From: Hydrolagus affinis
Lineage: Eukaryota
Assembly: GCA_012026655.1 (NCBI GenBank)
Contig: JAAILG010000102.1
Span: 62,001-126,000, forward strand
Length of the DNA: 64,000 bases
Reading direction: 5' to 3'
The notes under the pieces are model-generated. The model was given only the letters and a program-made list of their open reading frames with translations. It had not been told where the DNA came from and ran no database searches. Of this stretch, positions 25,829 through 39,576 are shown one piece after another. How positions within the stretch are numbered: the first letter of the stretch is position 1; every line of letters begins with the position of its first letter. Made by a program: the position numbers and the translations under genes.

Positions 25829-26699
25829 CTTAATAAGGATCAGCATTATCAATATAAATACTGCATTCTAACTTAAAGGAACCGTGTGACTGCTAACTTG
25901 GTTCGATTGCTTTCTTCAAATCCGTAAAAAAATTCAAAGCTCCCAGAATGTATGTAATGGTGTATATGTTGTTAAAGTTTCATAAGAACAGGTCTCCTTT
26001 TCATAATGATATTCCTTCAGTCATTTTGATGGAAGTTATGCGTTCTATTTTTGTGTCAAGTTGTTCCTCCTATAAATATTCTTTAGCCATAGTGCAGACC
26101 TCCGGACCCAAGGGGATCTTGCAGCCCTTTGTCCTGTGTTCTCAGTCTTAGATTCAGCTGCCTGATACTATTTCCGTTTTATTTCCGATTTACTGCTGAG
26201 CACAATTCTGTGGGCAAGTATGAGCAGAGTATTTTACAGCAAAACATAAGATGCTTTGGATGGGGGCGGGCAGGAAGTATGCAATTAAGTGCAATGCAAT
26301 TTTAGCAAAATAAAGCAAATTATAAGGTGTCTAATATTGAAAATAACTGTAGTACCTTATGATTAGTCATGTCATTGACAAGCTTAGACTTGTTTATGCC
26401 ACAGTGGTTTGTAATTTGCATTCTTTAATGTTACATAATTAATTCTTGTGGTTGGATACTTAATCTGTACGGAAACTATCAATTAAATTCAGGGAAATAT
26501 CTTCAAAAATGGTAAGAATTAACAATAACTCTCCCTAATTATCCATGACCATGGGATCTTCTCAGCTGCTCGATCTGAGAAACAGATCACAGTGACTCAT
26601 TTTTATTTTAAGAAATCCTACAGAAATTCATACATTTTCACAGATGATCATCATCCTACCATTTATCATATCTATAAGACAACTCAAATCTCTTCAGAG

Positions 26700-27075
26700 A
26701 ATTTTACTGTAAAGTGTAGTGACTGCACATTTGTAGGCAAACACAGTAACCAACATGCACACAGGAATATCCCAGAAACAGCCTTGAAGCAAGTTGTCAA
26801 ATTTTATTTGAGGGATTGTCGGCCAAGATACCAGGAGAATCTCTCTCCTCTTTTCAAATAGCACCGTGAGATTTTTCAACTCTACTGGAACAGGCAGATG
26901 GGACCTCAGTTTAACACCTCATTCAAACAGTGGAATCACTAACAACGCAGCAAACCTGCAGCACTGCATTGGAATGGAATGTCAGTCTAGCCTGGGGTTC
27001 ATTCAAAGCCTGACATGCAGCTCAAACCCACAAATTTCTGACTCACTGGTGAGAATTCTACCAACTGAGGAAGTC
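26700..27075 (-). mobile_element. DeuSINE-like copy
   Basis: Antisense: GGCCAAGATACCAGGAGAA, CTCAGTTTAACACCTCATTC, CAGCACTGCATTGG...TGTCAGTCTAG, TCAAACCCACAAATTTCTGACTCA. Confidence 0.8.
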
Positions 27076-28370
27076 ATGTCAAGTCATTGGGCTTGAAAAC
27101 CTAGTAAGACATCTTCATTCAATGAGCACTCCAGATTTTGTCAGACACGTGCTGCAGAGAGAGGATCACTATCTACATCTGCACGGTCTTGTCACCGATG
27201 CTATTTGGCAATGCACATCAGAAGATGACAAGTAAATAGGACTTATAAAATACTTATATAATTTCATGCACGAGAAGATATTTCTAAATGGCTCACAAGG
27301 TCAAATTCCAATCACAATGGTGCAATTAACTTGCAATTCACTCCCAACCAGCTGTTACCAACCGTCCCACTGGAAGGACACAAGGGCTGGGCCTATCTTA
27401 ATAATTGAATCACTTTTAACCTTTTCCGACGACTTCTTGATCATTTTTATTTCATGACCCATTTGTCCAGAGATTTTGTTTTTTTAAAGCAATCATTCAT
27501 ATCTTACATAAAAACTCGTATTTTTTGTTGCAGAATCACAGCTGCTTTGATTATAACCGAGCACAAAGCTGCCCCTACAACCAACTGCAGATGTGATCAG
27601 CCACTGAGCAACAGCCAAAGAACTTTGGGAAAACTCACACTGATAACCTAAGGTTGTCAGCTGACTTGTCCAATCAGATTTGCTTTCTCAAATCCATTCA
27701 GCTTTGTATAGATTCTATGCTTTTCTCATCCACTTTCCATCCCAATTCAATTCTGTCTTTCATACCCTCTCCAGTCATTTTGTTCCAGTTCCATTCTGAA
27801 ACCGAGCAGAGTTGGTCTCATTTATTTTCCTCTCTCCCTCCCTGTGTTACGTATGACAGTTGTGTGACAGTTTTTGATCTTCGCATTTTCCATCACCACC
27901 TCCATGTCGTTTGCTGCGTTCCATTCCACTTCACCTACTCTATGATAAAACCCAGAAGTTTCAATGTTTGACCATGAATTAAAGGGAGACGGCAAGACAA
28001 CCGTGCAGAGCGGAGATTGTGAATATATTCCCGAGTACTTAATCAGGTATTGCCCAATCGTATGAATTGAGCTTGACTCATGGCCTCCGGCAGGGAGCTG
28101 CAATTGCAGGCTACTGCAATTACTATAAAGTCATGTGGTACCACTGTACTTAAACAGTGTGAGTTGGTTTTTATTTTCTGATATATATATAGAGAGAAAA
28201 GTTTCCCTCAAGATTAATTGAAACCAGAGATCTGTAAAGATCTAACCCAAAATGTGTTCAATCTTATCCTGCAGTATGACTGCCTCACATGTTCCAATTG
28301 TTGAGTGGACATTCAGTCCATATGGACAGTGAATTTAACCTTACACAAAGATTACTAATCCATCTCACTG

Positions 28371-28426
28371 CACTCTGAGGTGCCGTCCAGCGTGGAGGGC
28401 GCTATATAAATCCAAGTTGTTGTTGT
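28371..28426 (+). mobile_element. L2-type 3' tail (GGAGGGCGC family)
   Basis: CACTCTGAGGTGCCGTCCAGCGTGGAGGGCGCTATATAAATCCAAG(TTG)n. Confidence 0.8.
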
Positions 28427-30741
28427 AGGACTGTAACTGAACACTGAGACAGAATCAAGCAAAATGTTAATCTCCTTTACTATGCATTTTTCCAGACAGC
28501 TGACTTTAGGAAAATGCTTCACACTGTGCAGAAATGAGGCAAAAACATCCCCGTTTATTTAGATAAAATTGATTTGAACAAGATTTAAAGTTAAATATTT
28601 TACCAACAATGATCAATACAACTGTTGTTTTGAACTTTACTCTCTGCCTTTTCTTTCACACTGGCTGAAAGTATCAGCTCATTTCCAAATTGAGTCCAAA
28701 AATTACAAATAAAATTGTATAGATGGATAGCTATGTGATTTTAGCTAGTCAAACTACACAGAAGGTAATACATACTCTGGGTTTCCCACGCCTTGGCTCT
28801 TCAAACCTCTTCAAACAAGGATGTGTTCCTCCAGGGAGAGAGTGCACATTTCATTCCAACAAATCTGAAATTTCCATGTATAGATAGAATGCATGGAACT
28901 TTTGGTTTGGATATTCTTAAGCATAGTGATGGGTTTTCACATGTGTAGACACCCAGCTGACTCCTACCAAAAAGGAACATTACACTATATGGTCCAGGCT
29001 CTAAAAGATAAGCTATTAACAATGAAACATAAATGAAGGTGAATGCTGTAAAATTCAAATGTACAAAGCAATAGTTTCAAACTTGCTTTGAAGGGATCAT
29101 TTTCAGAATGAATATTTTACTCAAATGCAATGTGTAAGGCATAATATGTAACCAGCAAAATGAAAAAGCATGCCTGTCCTTTTAAGTTTATCCAGCATGA
29201 GCCACATGGTGCCTGTGTCTAGAAAATCTCTGTTCTTTTCATGAGACAAGGGATCTTAAAGCTCAGGATCTGCAAAGAAATCTATAGAACCTTAAGGGGC
29301 AAGTCTGCAATTTTGCCATTGCAATTTCACTGTTATCTCATATCTCTCAAGATTGAGGGGAAACAAAGTTACTCTATTGAAGTAAAGTGAATGCCTCTAG
29401 CACAGAAGATGTTTGCATGTTTCTGTGTGTTTAGGTTGAGCTATTCTAGAGATCAAAGCAGCTCAGTTACAACAACATACAAGTTACGCACCTTGGAACA
29501 AAGTGCACACCTCATCTATGAGGCTTAATGCATAATTAAACTCTTATATTACTATGCTGTATTACATTGACATAAAGATCATCGGGGGTGAAAATTTGTC
29601 TTTCAGACTCCAAGGCCTATTAGACATGGTCTTGATGTTAACTTGGCACAATTACTGACAAAGCAAGAATATTCCAATTGCTGCTTTTTAGCTGGAGTAG
29701 AATTCAACTGAAGTAGAATTTTAAGAACCTGCTAGAGGCATCTTTAATGGGGCATCTTTAATTTCAGCCACTCCTTACCTCTTAGACACCCAAACACCCT
29801 TACCATGAGGTGCAAAAATGTGTTACTTTCATTTAAAGCAAATTACAGATAGTTTGCTTCAATCAATATGACATAGATGGACACTTATTTGCATCTTCAT
29901 TGTATTACAGTAAGCTGTTGTGCTGAAAGCCTATCGACCTTATTGTGAATCTCAAATTGTTTTTGATAAATTCTAGTTTTGTATAAACTATGTTCTGTTT
30001 GGTTTCAGATATTGGCAGTCAAATTAGGCTGCACTTTGTAAATATTGGAATATGCCCCCAAGTAATCTCATCATTAATCTCATCACATCTAAAAGATATC
30101 ACCTATTTGTATACAAGTCAAGAAGGATGGAAAAGATTGGGTTTGGCTTTTAATAAATCAGTGAAACAACGTGACACCCTCAAAGGTGACGGACGTAGAT
30201 ATATGAGGTTGTTTTTTGGCAGGACAAGAAGGATGTCCTGCCATTTACAAAAAGGAAATTGTTGTCACTGTAAAAATGTTGCACATGTACTGATTCAATA
30301 AGGATGTATTTAAGTATAATGCATGATGCATTGTAACATGATCACTTATTTCAAATTGCATATATTGTGTGATAATAAAAGAGGACTTTCTCGGATTGAC
30401 TTTTCATCTTCAGTTAAATTTCATTCCTGGCCTGAGTTGGATTTACGTAAAGCTAAATTAATATTCCACAAAGGAATTCAGAAATTGCAGCTGGGCTAAA
30501 ATTAATTGGATCCACTTCATAAATGGTCTTAATTGACATTTTTAATCCACTTGCATTACAACTGCACCATGTCAAACCCGGGCATGAAATGCCAATTGGT
30601 GTAACAACCAGCCATTATCCTCATTGCGTTGGGAACCGCTTCAAAATTACCACAAGGACAGATATAAAACATCAGCAGAATGCTTCAATGATATATATAT
30701 ATATAAACATAGACACAGACAAAGACTAGACTTTACAGGAT

Positions 30742-30830
30742 CCCAGGTAGCAAGCCCATATGGGCCCCATATGGGACAAATTGGGTTGGATCCATGCCCA
30801 TATGGGCCCCACATGGGCTTGCTACCTGGG
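30742..30830. mobile_element. 89-bp MITE with long TIRs (CCC...GGG termini, AT TSD; CMC/EnSpm-like)
   Basis: CCCAGGTAGCAAGCCCATATGGGCCCCATATGGG...CCCATATGGGCCCCACATGGGCTTGCTACCTGGG, with AT on both sides (30740-41, 30831-32). Confidence 0.8.
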
Positions 30831-31139
30831 ATAAGATTTCTAATATATGGAGATGCACTTTCACTTTGATAATGAAGGACTTCACTTAACTGGGAATAAT
30901 TCACCTAATTTCTCCATTAATACCACAACATTGTGTGGAATTGGAAACACCCTTACACACCAATATCACTGAGTGTGTTGGTAAGGTGTGAAAGTGTATT
31001 TGAACTTGCTAAAGGGACTGAAGCAGAGGAGAATCATGAAGGGAACTAGGCTGACAAACAGATAATTATTTAATTGAATGTGTCAGGAGTTTATGCAGGG
31101 GATTCTTCCGTCTCTGGAATACAGAAAAAGTCATTGATT

Positions 31140-31800
31140 CGCAGACTGAGTGCATGTTAGTTAAATCTGCAGACGACACCAAGCTGGCACCACTGTGGAA
31201 TGCGAGGAGACAGCTAAGATCTTACAAAAGAGTTCAACAGGGTATTAGTTGGGCTAGTCATTGATACACAAAATTCAATAGAAATAAATGCAAACTACAG
31301 TAAATAGGAAGTAAAATTGGGAGGCACAGTGCCACTCCGTGGAATGATCTTCCAAAGGCGAAAAGGGAATGAAAGTTAGAAATGTTAGTTAACTTGCTGC
31401 TCACCATCTTCAAACTGCACAAGGCCACAACAAACCAGATAAACAGGATGCTGAATGACATTTCATAGAATCATAGAATTATGCAGAGCAGAAGGAGGCC
31501 ATAAGGCCCATTGTTCTGTGCTGGCTCTTTGAAAAGAGCTATACAAATTAACTCCACTCTCTCACTCTTTCCTCATAGCCCTACAAACATGTTCTCCCCA
31601 AATGATCAGCTACTTCTCTCCTACATTTTTTAATGAAATTGGCTTGCACCTCCCTTTCAGGTAGTGCATTTACCAAATCAGATTCCCAGAAGTCACGCTC
31701 CAACCACATAATGTTCTGCTCACATTTAGAGTATTGAATACAGTTCTGATTGCAACAAAATATTAGGAGTTGTGATAGAAAACAGGAAGTACACTTAACT
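31140..31800 (+). pseudogene. degraded CR1 LINE ORF2 (reverse transcriptase) fragment
   Basis: MLVKSADDTKL at 31154-31186 (CR1 RT motif FADDTKL), then KFNRNKCK (cf. FNxxKCK), and SHLEY*IQF* at 31720-31749 (cf. PHLEYCVQFW); multiple stops and frameshifts. Confidence 0.85.
31463..31685 (-). mobile_element. CR1 3' end nested antisense in the older CR1 ORF2
   Basis: (TCATAGAA)2 is the antisense of the CR1 terminal octamer; followed by AGAAGGAGGCCATAAGGCCCAT...GCTGGCTCTTTGAAAAGAGCTA. Confidence 0.8.
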
Positions 31801-33830
31801 AGCTTTATGAATAATGGAAAGATAGCCTTGTTGGTATCCTGAGACCCATAAATCACTGGAAATACAATTCTTTACTAACACATTGGGACTGTGACTCTGT
31901 TCTTGACCCGAGAGTAGAATTTGTTGGCAATATACCCAATGCACCACTTGGTGGTTGTTTTCAGGACCGGGGTTAAAACCATTAGTTTTTGCGCACAGCA
32001 GTGTCTCACAGTCGTGGATTGAAATTACCAATTTTTTTGTGGGGAGGGATGATAACCAATTAAGTTATTAAAATAAACTTTATGTACAGTTAGTGTATCA
32101 GTTTTATTTTTTTAAAAAGGCAATTTTAGGACAGGCACGTCACTCAGTCAACAGAGTATATGTACATAAAAAAGAAGTTTTTCTTTGCTATTCAAATTTG
32201 CACATAAAAAAGAGGTTTCAACTCAAGAACACGAATCTATGCAAAGGATGAGAAAACTATTTGTGCGGATTTAAAAAAAAATTAATTTAGAATTTTTTTG
32301 GGTCAGATGGGTGTATGACCCATCACCATGGACAGAGTTCCACATTTGTTTACTTAGATATTTCCATTTGTCTAGAATGGAATGAACACTTTCTTCCTCA
32401 TCTCCACACCTAAGTTACCTGATTTCAGTCAATTTAGACTTGGACCAGTAGTTTTTAAAAGGACAAAAAAAAGGAACAATTTAAATAGGTAAATTACCTG
32501 TTATGTAATTTTGAACAGATATTGTAATATATAGTGCATGTCATGATATTAATTTTGTATGCTTTCTACAACTAAGTTTTGTATCTTGCTTTAGCCAATT
32601 AAGAAACTTCTGTGTATTGCATCTAGATTCTCAAAGAGATGACATGACACTTGACCATGTAAATTCTAATAAGCGGAATTGTTAACCACTCGGGCAGGTT
32701 GATGAGCATAAGCAGGGGTTTCCAAGATTGTGTGGGATACGGACTTCAACTGCTATAACTGTAACTAGACTATTACAAGAGGTGAATGCACAGAAAAACT
32801 GGAAATTATAATAGGTACCATTAACGTAATTGAAGAGCGGCAGCACTAGATATTCTATTCTATTCTGACTAGATGAGCTTTTTATGTTATGAAATGGCTT
32901 TTTCAATGAAATAATTGATGGAGCTATGGCTTTCTGTAGCCCTTCTTGAAGCATAGACCAGGAATTTCCTTGCTGGCTCAGTGATTCTGCTGGCCTTTAA
33001 AGATAGCTTCCTTCACCTTCTTTCCAAATTGATTCTTGCCATCAAACAGAAAAGCTGTCAATGCAATTCCCAACGGTAGATGTGATCCCTGATTTTTTAA
33101 AAATCATGTGCATTGTCACGAGACCAGTGCTCCCATGAGTATATAGACCAATATGCCCAGATCATAGACACTGCTTGTATTATATTGTGGAACCTTTGTA
33201 ACCTACCAATTGATACCCAATATAATTTATCGAAGTCTTTCTGTACTGCCAGGAATAACGAAGGTCAAATTGCATGAGGCGTCTGCCGAAGCTTATTCTT
33301 TCCCGTTGCCTGTTATGCTATTTGATATTTTTTGAAAATTAAAAACAGCAACTAGCATTTACATTGTGCCTTTCATGTAGGATAGTGTCTTGGAGTGCAT
33401 GAAACAGTTTGGCGGATCCTAACATCATGTTGTTAATAAATAGCAGCCTCCTGTCTGTCTGGCCGAAGCTCTAAAATTATACTTCTCAGATGGTCTATTT
33501 GTTATTAGGTAACATTTATCTAACTCACTTGAAATAAAGTATTGAATAGCTTTAACCTTTGATTGTACTGTACTAAGTACTGAACATTGGGAGTATTATA
33601 TGGTTAAAAGTTGGCACTTCTTTATTCCCATTTACTGTACAGTTGAAACTCAAAATGCCATAAAGGAGACGTGATCTTATTGTCTATAACCCTACAGATG
33701 GCTCTTTCAGAAAAGTTAAAGGATCATAGCACCCTCATGAATTACCCTATCCAAACCACATATTCCTTTCCTCTGTTCAATTTCAATGCTTTATTCCCTG
33801 CATTCCTTAGAGCATTTTCTTGGGGAGGAA

Positions 33831-34147
33831 TTCACATTCAAAGCCATCCACTGCCTCACTCTACATCTGCGACCTCCTAACCCCCTATCAACCTGCCCGT
33901 TCCTCCGCTCAGCAGACTCCGGCCTGCTCCACGTCCCCCGACCCACCTCGCCCCCTCCTTGGCATCCTTCAAGTCCTGCCTCAAGACCCTCTTCTTCAAC
34001 AATCCCATCGGTCATCCCAAATCCCACCTTTCCTTCCACCCTCCCTGTTGCTAACCCCAGCTCAGGTCTGAAACAATGTCTGTGCAGAGCCTTGGAACGT
34101 CCTTCTGACATGAAAGGTGTTATACAAGTGTAATTTTGTTGTTGTTG
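33831..34147 (+). mobile_element. L2 LINE 3' portion (ORF2 C-terminus + 3' UTR + tail)
   Basis: Frameshifted peptides TFKAIHCL, YICDLLTPYQPARS, LRSADSGLLHVP and SFKSCLKTLFF resemble the L2 ORF2 C-terminus; ends CATGAAAGGTGTTATACAAGTGTAATTT(TGT)n. Confidence 0.9.
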
Positions 34148-37100
34148 AATTTTAAACAATTGACAAATGGTTTTGCGTCCCTTATGATAGTTTGTAATGA
34201 CAGTGAGAGAACCACAGTTGACACTTTTCTGAATCTTTTCAATAGCTTCAAACCAGCATATCTCATGTTACGATTAAAGTAAAAGATTTTTGACAGGGAA
34301 TAAAGCGTTGAACGTAAACAAAAGGTTAATTGGAATCTCTATATGCACACTTTAATGATGCTATTAATTTCCTTGGTATAAAATTATTTTGAACTTAAGG
34401 ACCCACTTTTACATTAAGTAATACAATTCACCCACTCATTTTGAGCAAAACTGCCATTTCATATCTATTAGCACTACTTCAATTAGCTGCCTTGTTATCC
34501 ATGTAAGCGTGGGATTGATGCAGTACACATTGTCATCTAAATTCTAGCAAATTGACCATATCCCCAATGAACCTATTGTAACCTAAGCAATTCCAATAGA
34601 TCTTTGGAAGTCAAACAGTCTCAAACTAAAAGTCCCAATGTAAATGCAAATACATCAAATTGTCCTTTGGGGGGGCTAGTGAGGAGATATGAAATATTGT
34701 TTCACATCTCCTAACCACCCCCCACCACCACCCCCCCACCCCACCCCCACCCCAACAAAGAGTCATTACAGATCTCTGCCATACAGTTTTAGTCTGAACT
34801 GAACTGGCTTTATACCTGTAAGTTAAATGAATGTTGATTTTTGATTTACTGATCCCTCTTTTTTTTATTCTAACTTCCATTTGTTATTTAGCATTCATGA
34901 ATTGCCAGAATAACCTGTTTAATGAAACATAAACCAATGGTGTATCAAAGTATTCCCACTCACATTAAAATTATTTTATTTAGTGCATGGATTACACGTG
35001 TAAAACGTTGGAAAATGAGGGGAAACAGTACAAGGAAATTGACTTTGACGGTTAGCTATTGAAGAGTTGGAAGCACTCCAAACTGAAAATAAAATAATGG
35101 TCATTTTCTTTCCATTCTTATCTCTAGCACTAAAAAATAAATGAATATACACTTGGCGATAAACAAATGTTATTATGAATGTTGATATGTGTACACAGAG
35201 AATTTTTTAAAATCTTGCAGTTTAAAATTATAGTATGTACTTCAATTGACAGCATATTCAATCAGGAGTTAATATAAGTCTGCAAACACTCAGACTTACT
35301 CATGCAATCTTGCTCTACCCTTGTAGTTGATTTAATAAAGGCCTTTCTTTATGTCTGTGCAAACACATGCAACACATTCACTCATGTGTATCTGCCTCAT
35401 GGGGCATTTTCCATTTGGAGTCGTGGACTCGCGAAGCGTGATCAGGATTGAAATGCTAAAGTCTAACACCTACACACCAATTAACTGCAAAATACAAGAC
35501 AGACACTTAACAACCGAGCACCAATATACTTTTTCAGCCTTCTATTAAGTTGTCTTTTTGTTTAGAAAAAGGAAACTGGCCTGATTATCTTAGTAATGAA
35601 ATATTGGTTGTTAAAGAATCATCTGATGTTCAATTTATTTAAACTATAGCTGATGTTTTTTTAAAAAAAATCTGAAATATGGTTAAATCATAAGCAAGTC
35701 TGATCAGCACTTCTGATAGCTTTTTTGTTAGCTGTTGGGGTGATACAGTCTTTAGCTTTGCATGCCTTCAACGTAATTTAATGTTTCAGGGTATCAGCGT
35801 GTTCTGGAAAGTGAATTCAACAAGTTGTGGAGTGATTGTTGTGCGTTGCTCCAATTTTTTCACACGTCCTGAAATCAGTGAACATTCTTGCTGTATGGTT
35901 TTGCAGCACTTGCAGCTCCATGGCAGAAATCAGTGATGAGCTTTTCAGCTCTAAGATCTGTCATAGCCAAGAATGATTGAAACTTCATCAGTTATTCACA
36001 TGTCAAGAAGCAGTTCATGAACAACAATTGGGAAGGGTTTGACACACAAGAAAATATTTTCATTTTGACACAGAAGGAAATAGACTGACAATGTCAGATT
36101 ATAGGCTATCACTCTGTGGTTGCATTTGCTGCCTTCTTGACACTGATTATCTTTGGGTCAATCATTCATCAAACACTATTGTATTATAACTCTTCATCTG
36201 TTCATTTTCATATGTTCAAGGATATAGTGAAATTTGTTTTTTTGTTTAACTCATTCATTCTGGATGAAAATTTACGAAGGCATCTTCAGCAGGAAAGGAA
36301 AGCAGCTGTTACTGTAATTCCATTTCATGGAGCATTAATATATTGTACACTAAAGAAAATAAATTGTATGAATCAATACTAAAAGTGTTTCCAGCTTTCT
36401 TCGTCACAGCACAAACTTCTCAGTTTACAACATCCATATTTAACACACCTTTATCTTAAATGTATGGTCACTTTGTTCAGGATTCAGACAAATCGAAGAT
36501 TATTTTCAGAGCAACTGAAACCTGATTTAATTTGCAGACTGTCAAAGATTATATACTAATACTGTACACATATGTACCTATTTCAATGTACTGTATATAC
36601 ATTTTGCATACACTTTTTTGAGATTATTCCAAGGAACAGCCTTACTTAGTCATTGGATCGGTTTATATCCCCATAAATTAACTTGTCAGCATTCAACAAG
36701 GGAAAAATGGGAAGGAGTTTGGTCCAAGACTTTAAAATAATGAAAGGCATAAATAATGTAATCTGATCATTGTTGAATTTAATAGTGATCTTACAGTACT
36801 GGAGGAAACGATTCAAATATTGTGTACCTCAGGCAAGGCAGTTACTTGAAGATAGTTAAAATCACATCAATTATCCTTTAACCCTTGGAATGCTCATAAG
36901 CCCATGGAGCCTCATTCCAGGCTTGGGGAGATGAGTGGCTTTGTACATTTTTAGGTCACACATTCTGATGCTGAAACATATACTAAAATCACAGTAATAA
37001 ACCACTGTACTCAAATATCAGGACAGTGTTATTACACAATACCCATAGAAGGGGTACGCTTTCTATGACAAGTGTGTTTAAATCAAGTTTGTGCACCATC

Positions 37101-37544
37101 ACTTTCACCCATGTCAACTAGGGGTCAATTATCTACTTAGTATGTCCCCCAAATTACATATTGTTGCAAGGAACAAATATAGCCTTGTTCAAAGTTGAAG
37201 CTTTATAATTATCAGAGAATATTCCAAGACATACATTTTAAAAGCCTACTGAACTGAATCGAAGAAAAAAAATCAAACAGCGATTAATAGTAAAGTGTCT
37301 GGTATTAATTAGCAAAATTAAACTACATTATATGGTACTTAATAACCATATGGAAACTTAATACCTTAAGAATTTGAATACAGTGACCAGTTTTTCAGTC
37401 TATATTAACATTCATACAATGCAGTCTTGGTGATTTAGTTATACATAACACATTCTGGAAACCATTGTACTGCATGTAATAGACATCAAATATTAGGCCA
37501 AGATACAGAAGAAAATCTACAGTCATTGTGACATACAGCAAAAA

Positions 37545-37692
37545 TAAATTATTATAATCCTTGCATTTGATACAGCACTTTTCATGTCTTCAAGACGTCT
37601 CAAAGCGCTTCACAGAATATATTGTGAAGGGAATTGACTGTTTGCAGGCAAAATGTGGCAATCAATTGAGCACAGCAATGTCCCACAAACAG
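37545..37692 (-). mobile_element. SINE 3' half
   Basis: AATCCTTGCATTTGATACAGCACTTTTCATGTCTTCAAGACGTCTCAAAGCGCTTCACAG...TCCCACAAACAG. Confidence 0.85.
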
Positions 37693-38924
37693 TTGTTATT
37701 GAACATTCATCAAAATGTTGTCATTTAAATATGTAGGAGTTGTTTTATTATGAAATAGGAGAGTTATCCAGCAGGTAACTATTATAGTGGAACAGTGACT
37801 TTAAAAAATATATATAAACTAGTGAAAAGACACTCCAGTATGGTTTGCAAAAACATACCATGGGTCATCAAGTGTACCTTACATGATGAAACATTTAAAA
37901 GTAAAATAACTTTGCTGCAGTTATCTATTGATGAATCATATCATATTGCAATAGGTAAAAACACGAGGAAGCCATTAAACTGCATTATGACGCATACTTC
38001 AATAGTTTGCTTTTCTAACTTTATACCATCATAAATTGATCATAAGTTAATGTTTAATTAATTCTAGCTTTTCCATATTGCAATGGCTGTTGTTTTAACA
38101 ATCCAAACTGCCATCACAACACCAGTTAATAATCAGGGGTGACAAAGGCTCATAAGTAGCACTCAGCTTTTAATAGTTACCTCAAACACACAGACATAAT
38201 ATGGTTCAACACATTTAGCTGCTTTCTCTAAGTAACTAATGCTGGGTTTTTAACATTTCTACTCGCAATACCTCTCGTCTATGGTTACAAATACTGCATG
38301 GATTTGCCTCTTAGTATGATACTCAGGTGCTCAGGTAATGATTGTTTTTGGTCGAAACGGGGATACAGGACTGACAATACATGCTTATAATTAATAGGTA
38401 CCCGTTACTTTTGGAATGCCCACTCTGTCAACCATTTGGTTAGATCAAATGTATTCAATTATCTAGTAATTTAGAAAATAACATAGCTCACAGTAGAATA
38501 TATACATGGTTTATGCCTGCTTCATCAATTGAGAACTTACATAATACACCTCCCACTCATCTCTCCTACACTGCAAAACAATAGCTCACAGCATATTCAT
38601 TCATGAAGTTCCTCGCATAGCTCTATTATTATTATGCTATTATTTCACAATCAAATATTTTTGGGAAATAAATTGCTTACAAGTATGATTTAACATAAAT
38701 AAACTTTTTTTTAAAAAACTCTTGATCAAATATGCATGACATCAGAAATTACATGTTACATATTGTTTATTTTTCAATCCACAATTCTTGTTCCCGGTGA
38801 GAAAAGCACCCTTTTCCTTCAAAGTAGGTACATCTTCCCAATTACAGAAATTGTGACAATTTGAAAAATACCAGCAGTCTTTAGCTGCAAGCTGTTTATT
38901 GAAGAGAATATTTAAATTATAGAC

Positions 38925-39056
38925 AAACAACACAGAAGCATATACCACAAACAAAATATACAGACAATTCATTTATAATCTATTCTGTGAAGTCCTTTGA
39001 GACATCTCGAAGACGTGATAAGGCACTATATCTATGCGAGGATTATTATTATTATT
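38925..39056 (+). mobile_element. SINE 3' fragment
   Basis: CTGTGAAGTCCTTTGAGACATCTCGAAGACGTGATAAGGCACTATATC...GGATTATTATTATT. Confidence 0.8.
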
Positions 39057-39180
39057 CTGTTGATGCAAAATGTGAGAACAAAAGGGAGGAAATTATACAG
39101 AGGTCAAGGTATTCTATCACAATAATAATATTACCATTCTTCGCTATTTGTTCTTATAATGTGGAGACTTTATCATGATT

Positions 39181-39285
39181 AAATAATAACAATCCTTGCA
39201 TTTGATATAGCATCCTTGATGTTGGGGCACATTTCAAAGTGTTTCATAGGAAATATTGGTAAGTGTAGCGACTCTGTATTTAACA
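39181..39285 (-). mobile_element. SINE 3' fragment
   Basis: AATAATAACAATCCTTGCATTTGATATAGCA...TCAAAGTGTTTCATAGG. Confidence 0.7.
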
Positions 39286-39532
39286 CCCACTACCAAGGAT
39301 AGTACTTTACCAACTTTCAGGATCTCTCGCCACAGGAATCTAAAACCATGTTACTGGCTTGAATAAACGCAAGTCCAAAACTTTTTAATCTATATTCTAC
39401 ATCATGTACATTTGGTTAGCCGTTATGTTTTCACGTTGTGGACTGTATTTTGACTATGGCAGCAGCAATTCCAGAGATTTTAATGCTTGTTTTGTTTAGA
39501 TTGCTTTTCTCTTTCTATTTCTATAGCACATA

Positions 39533-39576
39533 AGGTTTTAATTATGGTTTGCGAAGGTTTTAATCATGGTTTGCGA
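39533..39576. repeat. 22-bp tandem duplication
   Basis: AGGTTTTAATTATGGTTTGCGA / AGGTTTTAATCATGGTTTGCGA. Confidence 0.9.

Noticed and set aside
30624-30904. ORFs with PYGPHMG repeats on both strands
   Set aside because: Translation of the palindromic MITE.
33786-34159. Overlapping 83-122 aa ORFs
   Set aside because: Explained by the GC-rich frameshifted L2 remnant.
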